A stretch of 64,000 nt of DNA from Octopus sinensis (lineage: Eukaryota): assembly GCF_006345805.1 (NCBI RefSeq), contig NC_043021.1, positions 4,526,001-4,590,000 on the forward strand. Direction: 5' to 3'. The translations under genes and the position numbers were made by a program. Each line of letters opens with the position of its first letter. Within the stretch, counting starts at the first letter, position 1. Below, in pieces: positions 62,951 through 64,000 of the stretch. The notes beneath the pieces are model-generated. The model searched no databases, was not told where the DNA came from, and saw only the letters and a program-made list of their open reading frames with translations.

Positions 62951-63191
62951 TATGAAACATGTCAGCAATAAATGAAAAACGAGTCTAAGGATACAAACAA
63001 ATTAGAGATTTATAGAAAAACAAAACCTGTTCCAATTAGAAAAAGTCTGTCTCAAAGGAACTTCCTGTTGCCTTTCCTTTTGTGCCTAACACTAATTCCT
63101 TCACATACCACGTTGAACAGGACTGGACATTGATACGAGTGATATAGTAAGACAGAGAGCGATCTTTTGTATATGGATGGTCTTCATCTAT

Positions 63192-63402
63192 ACTCTTTAC
63201 TCTTTTACTTGTTTCAGTCATTTGACTGCGGCCATGCTGGAGCACCGCCTTTAGTCGAGCAAATCGACCCCGGCACTTATTCTTTGTAAGCCCAGTACTT
63301 ATTCTATCGGTCTCTTTTGCCGAACCGCTAAGTGACGGGGACGTAAACACACCAGCATCGGTTGTCAAGCAATGCTAGGGGGACAAACACAGACACACAA
63401 AC

Positions 63403-63437
<35 letters not shown>

Positions 63438-63610
63438 CATATATACGACAGGCTTCTTTCAGTTTCCGTCTACCAAATCCACTCACAAGGCATTGGTCAG
63501 CCCGGGGCTATAGCAGAAGACACTTGCCCAAGATGCCACGCAGAGGGACTGAACCCGGAACCATGTGGTTGGTTAGCAAGCTACTTACCACACAGCCACT
63601 CCTGTGCCTA
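63192..63610 (-). mobile_element. SINE family A, full length
   Basis: Consensus match. Confidence 0.92.
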
Positions 63611-63803
63611 TATGCTGCAAAAGAGAAACAGCTAGAAACATTGCGACACGGATTTACCTGAGAAATTGATCCGAGATTCAGATTAGAAAAATTTGCGAGG
63701 GCAAACTTGAAGGGAGGAAAATTTATTAAAAACGCTAATAACAGGCTAGATAAAGAAACTGAGATGTGAAAATTACACTAAATACAGACTCATAATTACT
63801 TGG

Positions 63804-64000
63804 ATACCTATTTCTTTATTACCCACAAGGGGCTAAACATAGAGGGGACAAACAAGGACAGACATAGGTATTATGTCGATTACATCGACCCCAGTGCGTA
63901 AGTGGTACTTAATTTATCGACCTCGAAAGGATGAAAGGCAAAGTCGACCTCGGCGGAATTTGAACTCACAACGTAACGGCAGACGAAGTACCGCAAAGCA
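63804..64000 (-). mobile_element. SINE family B, runs off the right edge
   Basis: Consensus match. Confidence 0.9.

Noticed and set aside
63040-63190. Non-SINE part of the 110-aa minus-strand ORF
   Set aside because: The ORF starts inside a SINE; the remaining 50 or so codons lack motifs and splice signals.
6449-63661. Recurrent peptides such as MLGGQTQTH..., RASFSFRLPNPLTR... and FQSFDCGHAGAPP...
   Set aside because: Chance frames through SINE family A, B and C copies, not a gene family.

Overview
AT-rich, repeat-saturated eukaryotic DNA, most consistent with an intronic or intergenic stretch of a coleoid cephalopod genome, probably Octopus. This is an inference from the tRNA-derived SINE families and extreme microsatellite density. 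Almost every ORF in the six-frame track comes from microsatellites or SINEs. Supported content: about 35 SINE copies from at least four tRNA-headed families; three Penelope-like element (PLE) relics (RT and/or GIY-YIG); several pieces of RLE-type (R4/Dong-like) LINEs sitting in TAA or TACA arrays; a pogo/Tigger fossil; a hAT (Buster-type) fragment; a tRNA-Gly pseudogene; and a probable terminal coding exon of a Q/N/P-rich protein at 43109-44037 with two small candidate upstream exons. The main unexpected signal is a set of type I hammerhead ribozymes (HHR) readable by eye. Intact or near-intact cores lie at 52005-52065, 54678-54778, 57839-57882, 12245-12290 and 46654-46699, with further degenerate copies. 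Several sit in the loop of, or form, inverted repeats inserted in (TA)n arrays, an architecture repeated by sequence-unrelated families. All RNA folds were assigned by hand and no searches were run.
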